A DNA stretch of 63,367 nt, filler included, from Anaerolineae bacterium (GCA_029262755.1; 8 parts of 8 records of this genome joined end to end with filler, not necessarily neighbours in it), one strand, 5' to 3'. Numbered from the whole stretch's first letter, positions 19,509-29,504 are shown. Notes: generated from the letters alone by a model not told the origin. Translations and numbers: made by a program.

Positions 19509-20770
19509 GGCCGGGGTACAAGCAGACCGAGGTGGGCGTGATCCCGGAGGATTGGGAGATTCAGTGCGTAGGCGACGTCGCTGATCTTCAGACTGGGCCG
19601 TTCGGCACTGTTCTAAAGGCTTCCGAGTATGCGGAGACCGGCGGCGTTCCTCTCATTTCCGTTCGTGAAATTGGTGTAGGGAGTATCGAGGTCGATGCAA
19701 AGACGCCTCGTGTTCCGATGGACATCGTGTCAAGGCTCCCAAGGTACAGATTGCGACAGGGCGACATCGTGTTCGCGAGAAAGGGAGGTGTCGACCGTTC
19801 CGCGGCGGTTGAAGCTCATCAAGAGGGTTGGTTTCTCGGATCGGACGGCATTCGCGCACGGCCGGCTCGTCGATACAGCAACAAGTATCTGGCTTACCAA
19901 TTCCAGAGTTCTCGTATTCGTCAGTGGTTGCTTGAGTATGCAATAGGTACGACTATGCCCTCACTCAACGAGGGCATTCTCCGCGCGATCAGAATTCCGA
20001 TCCCCCCCACCCTCGCCGAACAACGCGCCATCGCCAACGCCCTGAGCGACGCGGACGCCCTCATCGAGTCCCTCGAGCAACTCCTGGCCAAGAAGCGTCA
20101 GGTCAAGCAAGGCGCCATGCAGGCGCTGCTCAGCGGCGAGCGGCGGCTGCCGGGGTTCGAGGGGGAGTGGGAGGAAACGCGCCTTGGACAGATGGGAGAC
20201 ACTTTCGGAGGCTTATCTGGCAAGACCAAGCGAGACTTTGGGCATGGCGGCTCTCTATACATCCCGTTCCTGAACATCATGAACAACGTGGAAGTCGATT
20301 GCCGCGAACTCGAGCGAGTCGATATTCGTCCGGGCGAGTCCCAACGCGGTGTTCGACAGGGCGACTTGTTCTTCAATGGTTCATCCGAGACGCCGATTGA
20401 GCTCGGGCTTTGTGCAGTGCTGTCCAGAGAGGTCACCGACGTATACCTCAATAGCTTCTGCTTCGGATATCGGTTGCATGATCGGCTGCATATGGACGGG
20501 ATCTTCTTGGCCTACTTCTTCAGGAGCAGCGTTGGCCGCCGCCTTCTGGCGCCGCTCGCACAAGGCGCCACTCGCTACAACCTGTCGAAGAGGGCCCTCA
20601 TGGACCTGGATCTGCAGCTCCCCCCCCTCGCCGAACAACGCGCCATCGCCGCCGTCCTGTCCGACATGGACGCCGAGATCGATGCCATTACCGCCAAGCT
20701 CGACAAGGCGCGGCTGGTCAAACAAGGGATGATGCAGGAGCTACTCACCGGGAGGATTCGGCTCGTATGA
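19499..20770 (+). CDS. hsdS: Type I restriction-modification specificity subunit S
   Basis: GYKQTEVGVIPEDW, two lower-GC TRDs, two conserved LAEQRAIA helices, and KQGMMQELLTGRIRL. Confidence 0.95.
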   Translation: MDVRPGYKQTEVGVIPEDWEIQCVGDVADLQTGPFGTVLKASEYAETGGVPLISVREIGVGSIEVDAKTPRVPMDIVSRLPRYRLRQGDIVFARKGGVDRSAAVEAHQEGWFLGSDGIRARPARRYSNKYLAYQFQSSRIRQWLLEYAIGTTMPSLNEGILRAIRIPIPPTLAEQRAIANALSDADALIESLEQLLAKKRQVKQGAMQALLSGERRLPGFEGEWEETRLGQMGDTFGGLSGKTKRDFGHGGSLYIPFLNIMNNVEVDCRELERVDIRPGESQRGVRQGDLFFNGSSETPIELGLCAVLSREVTDVYLNSFCFGYRLHDRLHMDGIFLAYFFRSSVGRRLLAPLAQGATRYNLSKRALMDLDLQLPPLAEQRAIAAVLSDMDAEIDAITAKLDKARLVKQGMMQELLTGRIRLV

Positions 20771-22113
20771 CCGAATCGCAGCACGTCGAGTGGAAGCGCT
20801 CTTGGCGGGACGAGTACTTGAAGTGGATTTGCGGCTTCGCCAACGCGGAGGGCGGGACGCTGGTCCTCGGCAAGGACGATCGCGGTCAGACCGTTGGGCT
20901 CGACGATGCCGAGAGGCTGATGGAGGAGATCCCCAACAAGGTGCGCGACCTGCTCGGCATCATGGTCGACTTCAATCGCCGCGAGGAGGACGGGAACGTC
21001 GTCCTCGAGGTCGTGGTGCAGCCCTATCCCTATCCGATCAGCCATCGCGGCGCGTATCACTACCGCAGCGGGAGCACCAAGCAGGAGTTGAAGGGTGCGG
21101 CGCTGGACCGCTTCCTCCTGCGCAAGCAGGGGCGGCATTGGGATGGGGTGCCGGCGCCCGGCTTCGAATTTTCGGACCTGGATCGCGAGGCGCTACACCG
21201 ATTCCGGGAGCTTGCGCGCCGAAGCGGGCGGCTCGACGACACCTTGCTCGACGAGACGGACCCGGTGCTGCTCGACAAACTGCGGCTGGTCGAGAACGGC
21301 TATCTGAAGCGCGCGGCCATGCTGCTCTTCGGTCGCGACCCCGAAAGGTTGATCACCGGCGCCTTCGTCAAGATCGGTTTCTTCCGCACGAACGCGGACT
21401 TGCTCTACCACGATGAGGTGCACGGTCATCTGCTGCGCCAGGTCGAGCAGACCTTGGATCTCTTGCTGACCAAATACCTTCGCGCCGGGATCCGCTACGA
21501 CGGCCTGCAGCGGATCGAGGCCTTCCCCGTGCCCCGCGCCGCTCTGCGCGAGGCGCTGATCAACGCCGTCGCCCACAAGGATTACGCGACGGCGCACCCG
21601 ATTCAGATCAGCGTCTACGACAACAAAGTGATGATTTGGAATCCGGGCCACCTGCCGGAGGGGTGGTCGATGGACGACCTATTGGCCAAGCACGCCTCCC
21701 GACCCTACAACCCGGACGTGGCCAACGTCTTCTTCCGCGCAGCGCTGCTCGAATCGTGGGGGCGCGGCATCGAGCTGATCACGGCCGCGTGCCGCGCCCA
21801 CGGCGCACCGGAGCCGAACTTCCGCTGGGACGCGGGGCTGTGGGTCGAGTTCCCTTTTGCGGCAGAAGTACTCGGACCGGACAGTGACGGCGCGGGCACT
21901 GTGGTGAAGACTGTGGTGAGGACTGTGGTAAAAACTGGGGAGAAGATCCTCGAATTAGTCTCCGCTCATCCCGAGATCACGATCCCCGAGATGGCGGATC
22001 GACTCGACCTGTCGCGCCGTGGCATCGAGTACCAGATCGCCAAGCTCAAGCGCGACGGCCGCCTCCGCCGCGTTGGACCAGCGCGCGGCGGCCATTGGGA
22101 GATCGTCGAATGA
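20767..22113 (+). CDS. AlbA_2 (Schlafen-like) domain + HATPase_c-like ATP-binding domain + C-terminal HTH protein
   Basis: ESQHVEWKRSW...ICGFANAEGGTLVLG, ALREALINAVAHKDY, ESWGRG and GRLRRVGPARGGHW; overlaps both hsdS and hsdR. Confidence 0.88.
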   Translation: MTESQHVEWKRSWRDEYLKWICGFANAEGGTLVLGKDDRGQTVGLDDAERLMEEIPNKVRDLLGIMVDFNRREEDGNVVLEVVVQPYPYPISHRGAYHYRSGSTKQELKGAALDRFLLRKQGRHWDGVPAPGFEFSDLDREALHRFRELARRSGRLDDTLLDETDPVLLDKLRLVENGYLKRAAMLLFGRDPERLITGAFVKIGFFRTNADLLYHDEVHGHLLRQVEQTLDLLLTKYLRAGIRYDGLQRIEAFPVPRAALREALINAVAHKDYATAHPIQISVYDNKVMIWNPGHLPEGWSMDDLLAKHASRPYNPDVANVFFRAALLESWGRGIELITAACRAHGAPEPNFRWDAGLWVEFPFAAEVLGPDSDGAGTVVKTVVRTVVKTGEKILELVSAHPEITIPEMADRLDLSRRGIEYQIAKLKRDGRLRRVGPARGGHWEIVE

Positions 22114-25100
22114 TCGGCATCGGCCAACCCGAACGGGCCACGCAGGCTCGCGTGATCGCCCTTTTCCGCGACGAGCTTGGGTACGAGTACCTCGGCGACT
22201 GGTCGGATCGGGCGGGCAACTCGAACGTCGAAGAGCATCTGCTAGCGGCCAACCTCGAGCGCCGAGGCTACGGTGCGAGGCTGATCAGCCAGGCAATACA
22301 CCGTCTGCGCCGCGAGGCCGATCGACACGGTCGCTCGCTCTACGACATCAACGAGGCGGTGTACAAGCTGCTGCGCTATGGCGTGCCGGTGAAGGAGGAG
22401 GCGGGCGCGACGACCGAGACCGTGCACCTGATTGACTGGCGTCGGCCCGAGCGCAACGACTTCGCGGTCGCGGAAGAGGTGACGCTGCGCGGGCCGCTGG
22501 AGCGAAGGCCGGACGTGGTGCTCTACCTCAACGGTATTGCGATCGGGGTGCTGGAGCTCAAGAACAGCCGTGTCAGCCTGAGCCGTGGCATCCGGCAGAA
22601 CCTCTCGAACCAGCAGACGGAGTTCAACGCATGGTTCTTCGCGACCGTGCAGTTGGTCTTCGCCGGAAACGACTCGGAAGGGCTGCGCTACGGGGCGATC
22701 CTCACACCGGAGAAGTACTTCCTGGCCTGGAAGGAAGACGAGGCGGACGACAGCCGCACCAAGCTCGACAAGTACCTGCTGCGCATGTGCCGCAAAGAGC
22801 GTCTGCTGGAGTTACTGCACGACTACGTGCTCTTCGACGGCGGGATCAAGAAGCTGCCGCGCGTACACCAATACATGGGGATCAAGGCCGCTCAGGCCCA
22901 CGTCGCACGCAGGGAGGGCGGCATCATCTGGCATACCCAGGGCAGCGGCAAGAGCATCGTGATGGTGATGCTGGCCAGGTGGATCCTGGAGAACGAGCCC
23001 AACGCGCGCGTGGTGGTCATCACCGACCGCGACGAGCTGGACAAGCAGATCGAGGGCGTCTTCCGCGCCAGCGGCGAGCCCATCGTGCGCACCCGTAGTG
23101 GGCGGGAGCTCATGCGCCTGCTCGGCATGGCCACGCCGCGGCTGTTGTGCTCGTTGGTGCACAAGTTTGGTCCGCGCGACGTCGACTTCGACCGCTACAT
23201 CGAGGAGCTGGAGTCGCAACCCAGCGAGACCGTGGGCGATGTCTACGTCTTCGTCGACGAATGCCATCGCTCGCAGGGCGGCCGCTTCCATCGCGCCATG
23301 AAGGCGCTGCTGCCGGAGGCGGTTTTCATCGGCTTCACCGGCACGCCGCTGCTGGCCAAGGACCGCGCGACCAGCCGCGAGGTCTTCGGCGACTACATCC
23401 ACACCTACAAGTTCAGCGAAGGCGTGGAGGACGGCATCGTGCTCGACCTCGTCTACGTGGCCAGGGACATCGATCAGCGACTGGGCTCGACCGGCAAGAT
23501 CGACCAATGGTTCGAGGCCAAGACGCGCGGTCTCAACGATTGGCAAAAGGACGAGCTCCGCCACCAATGGGGCACGCTGCAGAAGGTGCTCAGTTCACGC
23601 TCGCGCATGGACCGTGTCGTAGCGGACATCGTATTCGACTTCGAGGTCAAGCCGAGGCTGTCCAGCCAACGCGGCAATGCGATCCTCGTGGCAGGCAGCA
23701 TCTACGAAGCGTGCCGCTACTACACGCTATTCCTGAAGACGCCGTTCAAGGGCAAGTGCGCCGTCGTTACGTCGTACAACCCTTACGCCGGGGACGTCAC
23801 GACAGAGGAGACGGGCGCGAACACCCAAACCGCCAAGCAGTTCGTTTTCGACACCTACAACGAGCTGCTGGCCACGGTCGAGCCGCTCGCTGGGCGCACC
23901 AGGACGGAAGCCTACGAGGAGCAGGCCAAGCGCCTCTTCACCGAGCAGCCGGCCAACATGAAGCTGCTCATCGTGGTGGACAAGCTGCTCACCGGCTTCG
24001 ACGCACCGCCGTGCTCCTACCTCTACATCGACAAGTCCATGCAGGACCACGGTCTCTTCCAGGCCATCTGCCGCGTCAACCGCCTCGACGGCGAGGACAA
24101 GGACTTCGGCTACATCGTCGACTACAAGGACCTGTTCACCAAGGTCGAGAACGCGATCGCGGTCTACGCCTCCGAGCTCGATCACAGCGCGGAGGGCGCC
24201 GATCCGGAGATCCTCCTGCAGGACCGCCTCACGCTCGGCCGCGACCGTCTGGATGCCGCCCTGGAAGCCCTCGAGCTCCTGTGCGAGCCCGTGGAGCCGC
24301 CTCGCGGCGAGCTGGACTACATCCACCATTTCTGCGGCAATACCGAGCTAGCCTCCGATCTCCAAGAACGTGAGCCGCGCCGCGCCACGCTCTACAAGGC
24401 AACCGTCGCCCTGGTGCGCGCCTACGCCAACATCGCCGACGACCTCGGGGCCGCCGGCTACGACGAGCCGTCCATCAGACGCATCAGGGTGCGTCAAAAA
24501 CACTTCCTCGACGTGCGTGACATCGTACGGCTCGCCAGCGGCGAGACCATTGATCTCAAGGCTTACGAAGCCGACATGCGCCACTTGATCGACACCTACA
24601 TCGAGGCCGATGAGCCGCGCACGATCTCGCCTTTCGCGGACATGGGTCTGCTGGAGCTGATCGTCGACACCGGCATCGGCGAGGCCATCGCTGCGCAGCT
24701 GGGAGGCCTCAAGGGCAATCGCGACGCCATCGCTGAGACAATTGAAAACAACGTGCGGCGCACGATCATCAAGGAGCACCTCAATGACCCCGCCTATTAC
24801 GCTCGCATGTCGGAGCTGCTCGACGAGATCATCCGCAACCGAAAAGCCAAGGCCCTCGAGTACGAGGCATATCTGCAGAAGATTGCCCGGTTGGCCAAAG
24901 ACGTCGCGCAGGGTCAGGCCGACGACACGCCGGAAGCCTTGAAGGCGAGCCCCGCCTTGCGCGCGCTTTACCACAACCTGAGGCCGCAAACGGACGTGCC
25001 GGACGAGCGCCCGAAGGTGGCGGACGATCGCGGTCGCTACGGCGTCGAAGGCGATCCGCGCTTGGGCCTCGCGCTCCGCATCGACGCGGCGATCAAGCGC

Positions 25101-25232
25101 GTGCGCCCCGACGCATGGCGCGGGATACCGGCCCGTGAGCGGGTCATCAAGGCCGCGCTCTACAAGGAACTCCGAGACGAGGCCGAGGTAGAGCGCCTCT
25201 TCCCGATCATCAAGGCGCAGGCCGAGTATTGA
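22110..25232 (+). CDS. hsdR: Type I restriction endonuclease subunit R
   Basis: RPDVVLYLNG...ELK nuclease motif, HTQGSGKS Walker A, DECHRS, FTGTP, LLTGFDAP and QAICRVNR. Confidence 0.96.
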   Translation: MIGIGQPERATQARVIALFRDELGYEYLGDWSDRAGNSNVEEHLLAANLERRGYGARLISQAIHRLRREADRHGRSLYDINEAVYKLLRYGVPVKEEAGATTETVHLIDWRRPERNDFAVAEEVTLRGPLERRPDVVLYLNGIAIGVLELKNSRVSLSRGIRQNLSNQQTEFNAWFFATVQLVFAGNDSEGLRYGAILTPEKYFLAWKEDEADDSRTKLDKYLLRMCRKERLLELLHDYVLFDGGIKKLPRVHQYMGIKAAQAHVARREGGIIWHTQGSGKSIVMVMLARWILENEPNARVVVITDRDELDKQIEGVFRASGEPIVRTRSGRELMRLLGMATPRLLCSLVHKFGPRDVDFDRYIEELESQPSETVGDVYVFVDECHRSQGGRFHRAMKALLPEAVFIGFTGTPLLAKDRATSREVFGDYIHTYKFSEGVEDGIVLDLVYVARDIDQRLGSTGKIDQWFEAKTRGLNDWQKDELRHQWGTLQKVLSSRSRMDRVVADIVFDFEVKPRLSSQRGNAILVAGSIYEACRYYTLFLKTPFKGKCAVVTSYNPYAGDVTTEETGANTQTAKQFVFDTYNELLATVEPLAGRTRTEAYEEQAKRLFTEQPANMKLLIVVDKLLTGFDAPPCSYLYIDKSMQDHGLFQAICRVNRLDGEDKDFGYIVDYKDLFTKVENAIAVYASELDHSAEGADPEILLQDRLTLGRDRLDAALEALELLCEPVEPPRGELDYIHHFCGNTELASDLQEREPRRATLYKATVALVRAYANIADDLGAAGYDEPSIRRIRVRQKHFLDVRDIVRLASGETIDLKAYEADMRHLIDTYIEADEPRTISPFADMGLLELIVDTGIGEAIAAQLGGLKGNRDAIAETIENNVRRTIIKEHLNDPAYYARMSELLDEIIRNRKAKALEYEAYLQKIARLAKDVAQGQADDTPEALKASPALRALYHNLRPQTDVPDERPKVADDRGRYGVEGDPRLGLALRIDAAIKRVRPDAWRGIPARERVIKAALYKELRDEAEVERLFPIIKAQAEY

Positions 25233-25948
25233 TGGCCACGCGGCTGCGCATCAGTGACATCGAGATCGACGTCGTCCGCAAGGACATCAAGAACGTCCAC
25301 CTGAGCGTATATCCGCCGGAAGGGCGGGTGCGCATATCTGCGCCAAGCCACATGAGCGCGGAAACGATTCGCCTCTTTGCCATCGCGAAGCTCGACTGGA
25401 TCCGGCGCGAGCAATCCAAGCTCCGAATCCAGCCCCGTGAGACAGCGCGCACCTACGAGAATCGCGAGAGCCACTACTTATGGGGCGAGCGCCTCCTGCT
25501 CACGGTCAGCGAGCGCGACGCTGCGCCGCGGGTCGAGATCAAGCCGGGCCATATGCGCTTGTCGGTCCGCCCCGGCAGCGATCTGGATCGACGCGCAGCG
25601 GTAGTCGACGCCTTTTATCGCGCAGCGGTCAAGGCGGCCGTGCCCCCGCTACTTGCGCGTTGGGAACCACGACTCGATGTGTCGTGCGCGGGCTTCTACG
25701 TGCAGCGCATGAAGACCAAGTGGGGCAGCTGCAATCCCAAGGCCCGCACGATCCGGCTCAACACGGAACTGGCCAAGAAGCCGCCGGTCTGTCTCGAGTA
25801 CATCGTCGTGCACGAACTCATGCACCTGCTCGAGCCCACGCACAATCCTCGCTTCCGCGTCCTAATGGACCACCACTTCCCGCAGTGGCGGCAGCACCGG
25901 GACACGCTAAACGCGCTTCCGGTCCGGCAGGAGGATTGGGAGTACTAG
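25232..25948 (+). CDS. YgjP/DUF45-like (M48/SprT-like) zinc metalloprotein associated with type I R-M
   Basis: RKDIKNVHLSV, MKTKWGSC and the HExxH motif EYIVVHELMHLLEPTHN. Confidence 0.9.
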   Translation: MATRLRISDIEIDVVRKDIKNVHLSVYPPEGRVRISAPSHMSAETIRLFAIAKLDWIRREQSKLRIQPRETARTYENRESHYLWGERLLLTVSERDAAPRVEIKPGHMRLSVRPGSDLDRRAAVVDAFYRAAVKAAVPPLLARWEPRLDVSCAGFYVQRMKTKWGSCNPKARTIRLNTELAKKPPVCLEYIVVHELMHLLEPTHNPRFRVLMDHHFPQWRQHRDTLNALPVRQEDWEY

Positions 25949-25973
25949 TGCATCCGTTTCGAATTCACCGCCC

Positions 25974-26288
25974 CTACGCTCCCTCGCCCTCCGCCGCCAC
26001 TACCCTCAATTCCACCATCGTCAGCTGCAGCACGTCGCCGGCCACCAACGGCGCCTGGCCCACCACGAGCTTGCCGTTCAACCACGTCGGGTTCTTGTAG
26101 CTCAAGTGCTTGAGATGCCAGCCACCCTCGCCGTCGGGGGCGATCTCGCAGTGCCGGCGGCTGACGGACATCTCGTCGAACACGACGTCGCACGCGGGGT
26201 CGCGGCCGATTACAAGAACTCGGTCGCCGGGCAAGGGCAACGTCACGGTGCGGTCGGCTTCCTGCCAGCGTAGGCCAAGCGAGGTCAT
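25974..26288 (-). CDS. Stand-alone FHA domain protein
   Basis: IGRDPACDVVF...SVSRRHC...NPTWLNG signature. Start is uncertain (MTSLG at 26288 chosen). Confidence 0.82.
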   Translation of the reverse strand: MTSLGLRWQEADRTVTLPLPGDRVLVIGRDPACDVVFDEMSVSRRHCEIAPDGEGGWHLKHLSYKNPTWLNGKLVVGQAPLVAGDVLQLTMVELRVVAAEGEGA

Positions 26289-26328
26289 GAACGTCCTCAG
26301 TGGGGCGGACCGGAGGTGCGCCAGTCGC

Positions 26329-26400
26329 GGCCACGGCAGCAGCGACGGTAGCGGCAACGGCAACGGCGACGGCAGCGGCGACGGCGACGGTCGCGGCGAT
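26329..26400. repeat. Imperfect hexanucleotide tandem repeat, 12 units of about GGCRRC
   Basis: ggccac ggcagc agcgac ggtagc ggcaac ggcaac ggcgac ggcagc ggcgac ggcgac ggtcgc ggcgat. Confidence 0.75.
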
Positions 26401-26612
26401 TCTGTGGCGACGACCCTGTGAAGCAACGCCTCCGTAGCGCGACATCTATGTAGGGCGACACCTCTGTACGCGGACACTGTGGAGCGTCAGGGGCGAGGGC
26501 ATTGGTTTGACACCCTGGTCGGCAGGCTAGCAGCCGTGTCCGTGCGACGCTAGCGGCGCCGCACGACCGCCATGATGCCGTCCCTCCCGCCCCCTGTGCT
26601 ACCCTCCGCCGC

Positions 26613-27707
26613 ATGTCGCTTGAGATCGGGATCGTCGGCCTGCCCAACGCCGGCAAGTCAACGCTGTTCAACGCCCTTACGCAGGCAGGGGCCGCGACGG
26701 CGAGCTACCCCTTCACCACGATCGAGCCGAACGTGGGGGTCGTCGCGGTCGCCGACGCGCGCCTCACGCGGCTGGCGGAGATCGTCCAGCCGCGCGAAGT
26801 GATCCCGACCTCGATCCGCTGTGTGGACATCGCGGGCCTCGTGGCCGGCGCGCACCAAGGCGAGGGGCTGGGCAACCAGTTCTTGGGCCACATCCGCGCG
26901 GTGGACGCCGTCGCGATGGTCGTGCGCTGCTTCGAGGCGGAGGATGTCGTGCACCCGATGACGGACCTCGACCCCGTGCGCGACATCGAGGTCGTGGATA
27001 CGGAGTTGTTGCTGGCCGACTTGGCGGTGGCCCAGAAGCGGCTGGAAAAGGTCACCGCGAGCGGCAAGGGCAACCCACGTTCCGTTGCCGATGAGGTGGC
27101 ATGGCTTGCCGGACTCGAGACTGCCTTGGCCGAAGGGCGCCACGCAGCAACCCACATCAACGAAGAGCGGCACGTCGGCTGGGCCAGCGCGATGGATCTC
27201 CTGACCGCGAAGCCGCGGCTCTTCGTGGCCAACGTCGCGGAGGACGCCGATGCGTCGGACGAGCGTGCGCAAGCCGTCGCCGGCTACGCCGCCAGCGTGG
27301 GCGCGACGTGCGTCGCGCTATCGGCGCGGCTGGAGGCAGATCTCGCGGCCTTCGACGTGGACGAAGCGACGCTTCTGCGCGCCGACACAGCGTGGCCCGA
27401 GCCGGGGCTACCACGCTTTGCCAGAGCGGGTCTCGACCTGCTCGACCTCGTGACCTTCTTCACCACGACCGGCGGCACGATCGCCCAAGCATGGACCGTC
27501 CGCCGCGGCACGAAGGCGCCGGCGGCGGCAGGCACGATTCACGGTGACTTCGAGCAGGGCTTCATCCGCGCCGAGGTCGTCGCGATGGACGACCTGGACG
27601 ACGCCGGCAGCGTTGCCGCGGCGCGGGATCGCGGCCGGCTACGCCTCGAAGGCCGCGAGTACGTCGTCCAAGACGGCGACGTGATCCACTTTCGCTTTGC
27701 CGTCTGA
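26613..27707 (+). CDS. ychF: Ribosome-binding ATPase YchF
   Basis: GIVGLPNAGKSTLFNALT, YPFTTIEPN, DIAGLV, GEGLGNQFL, and a TGS domain ending EGREYVVQDGDVIHFRF. Confidence 0.96.
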   Translation: MSLEIGIVGLPNAGKSTLFNALTQAGAATASYPFTTIEPNVGVVAVADARLTRLAEIVQPREVIPTSIRCVDIAGLVAGAHQGEGLGNQFLGHIRAVDAVAMVVRCFEAEDVVHPMTDLDPVRDIEVVDTELLLADLAVAQKRLEKVTASGKGNPRSVADEVAWLAGLETALAEGRHAATHINEERHVGWASAMDLLTAKPRLFVANVAEDADASDERAQAVAGYAASVGATCVALSARLEADLAAFDVDEATLLRADTAWPEPGLPRFARAGLDLLDLVTFFTTTGGTIAQAWTVRRGTKAPAAAGTIHGDFEQGFIRAEVVAMDDLDDAGSVAAARDRGRLRLEGREYVVQDGDVIHFRFAV

Positions 27708-27960
27708 CTGCTTCAAGGTCAGGATGGGCGAGCGATCAACAAGCAGGATGCGCGAGCGTTAAACACGTTTTGCGCGAGCCTTCAACACGTTTGCGGTTAC
27801 GCGATCACACGCTCAGAGAATGTCGCTCCCGCAGGGCAGTACGGAGCGCAGGCCCGATGCAAGACGCCGGTTCGCGGCCTTTCGCGCGATCTGCTCGTCA
27901 CGGAATGAACACGAAGTCGACACAAGCGCCCGACGTCCCACTCCCACCCAAGGCCCCGCC

Positions 27961-28728
27961 ATGACCCGCGCTCACGACGCCGTGCTCTTCGACCTCGACG
28001 ACACCTTGCTGGACTGGTCCAACGCCCGCGTGGATTGGGTGGCGGAATATGCGCGTCTGCTTGCGCCCGTCCACGCGATGCTGCACCCGAGCGACGGGCC
28101 TGCCGGCGTGGCTACGCTCTCCGCGGATTCGGAGCTGGAGGAGTTCAGCACGGTCGTCCGCGAGGCGTCGATGGCCGAGTGGCGGCGGGCCAAGATCGAC
28201 CACGCGGCGCCCAGTTTGGAGCGCGCGCTGACCAGTGCGATTAGCGGGCTTGGACACGATCCCGCCACCTGGAACGTCGAGGATGCGATGCGTGCATTCG
28301 CGGCGGGTTGGCGGCGCATACCGGGCGTCGAGCTCTTTCCGGACGCGCTCGATGTACTGGATGCGCTCACGGAGCGCGGCTACCGGCTCGGGCTCGTGAC
28401 CAACGCCATGCAGCCGATGTGGGTGCGCGATCTGGAGCTGGTGGATACCGGGCTGATCGAGCGGCTTCCCTTCCGCATTTCGGCCGCGGACGCCGGGTAC
28501 ATCAAGCCGCATCGCGCCATCTATGAGCAGGCGGTTGCCGCGCTGGGCGTCGAGGCGAGCCGGACCGTCTTCGTCGGAGACCGACCGAGCAACGATGTCG
28601 CGGGCGCGAACGCGATGGGTATGACCAGCGTGTTGATGCGTCTGACCTACATCGAGCATCCCTTGGACGGCCACCACCCGGACCACCAGATCTCCGCCCT
28701 GAGCGAGCTGTTGACGCTGCTCGACTGA
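27961..28728 (+). CDS. HAD-superfamily hydrolase (subfamily IA)
   Basis: FDLDDTL, LVTNA, KP and FVGDRPSNDVAGA motifs. Confidence 0.9.
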   Translation: MTRAHDAVLFDLDDTLLDWSNARVDWVAEYARLLAPVHAMLHPSDGPAGVATLSADSELEEFSTVVREASMAEWRRAKIDHAAPSLERALTSAISGLGHDPATWNVEDAMRAFAAGWRRIPGVELFPDALDVLDALTERGYRLGLVTNAMQPMWVRDLELVDTGLIERLPFRISAADAGYIKPHRAIYEQAVAALGVEASRTVFVGDRPSNDVAGANAMGMTSVLMRLTYIEHPLDGHHPDHQISALSELLTLLD

Positions 28729-28876
28729 AGCCGCCCAGCGGCTATGCTTGGTGCGCGGCACCGTGTCGAGGCGTTGGCCGACGAAGGAGCCGATTCCGTG
28801 TCCGAATCCCAATCCGCCCAGAATGGCCGCTCCACTGCCCGCCCCGCCGGCGCGTCCGCGGGCGTGGGCGCGGACA

Positions 28877-29021
28877 TGAGCCTGCGGGGCACGAACGCGC
28901 CACCGGTTGCAGCCGCGCAGAGCCGCGCCCGCTACACGCGACTAGCGCCGCCGGCGCCGCCCGCGCCGGGTCCCGCGTTGGACGTGGTGGTGATCGGCGG
29001 TGGACCGGGCGGATTGTATGC
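28877..29021 (+). CDS. FAD/NAD(P)-dependent oxidoreductase, N-terminal fragment
   Basis: DVVVIGGGPGGLY Rossmann motif just before the gap; start uncertain. Confidence 0.6.
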
Positions 29022-29121
29022 NNNNNNNNNNNNNNNNNNNNNNNNNNNNNNNNNNNNNNNNNNNNTTAATTAATTAANNNNNNNNNNNNNNNNNNNNNNN
29101 NNNNNNNNNNNNNNNNNNNNN

Positions 29122-29370
29122 ATCCGTCACCTCGAACATGACTTCTTCCTTCGTGAACCGAAGAAACTTGATGCTCCGCCCGGCTTCCCCGGCGGCGGTC
29201 TTCAGCCGAGCCTTGAGGGTCTGTTTCGATACCTTTTCCTCCGCGACGGAGGCTCGGCCACCCTCACCCAGGCGAAGGGTCTTGAAGAACTCGACGTACT
29301 CGGGAACAGCGGACCGCTTCCGTGCTCCATGCGCTGCAAGATCCTGCGGGGTGAGCTTCTGAATAGGCAT
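29122..29370 (-). CDS. Small basic hypothetical protein (possibly DNA-binding), 3' end at gap
   Basis: MPIQKLTPQDL...EYVEFFKTL...KQTLKARLKTAAGEAG...; protein-like composition. Confidence 0.55.
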
Positions 29371-29504
29371 GGGTGTCTTCCATCGGGGGATATCGGCGCG
29401 TGTGCAGGCACCTACGATACCACTAGCTGATTGGAAGCCGCTGGCACGACGAGTTGGGATCCCCGCTTGCCACGCGCGACCTCCGTGCCCAGCGCGTCCG
29501 TGCG

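Noticed and set aside
27720..27795. CRISPR array (also considered for 46741-46796 and 26329-26400)
   Set aside because: The units are adjacent with no unique spacers, are too short or degenerate, and no cas genes are present.
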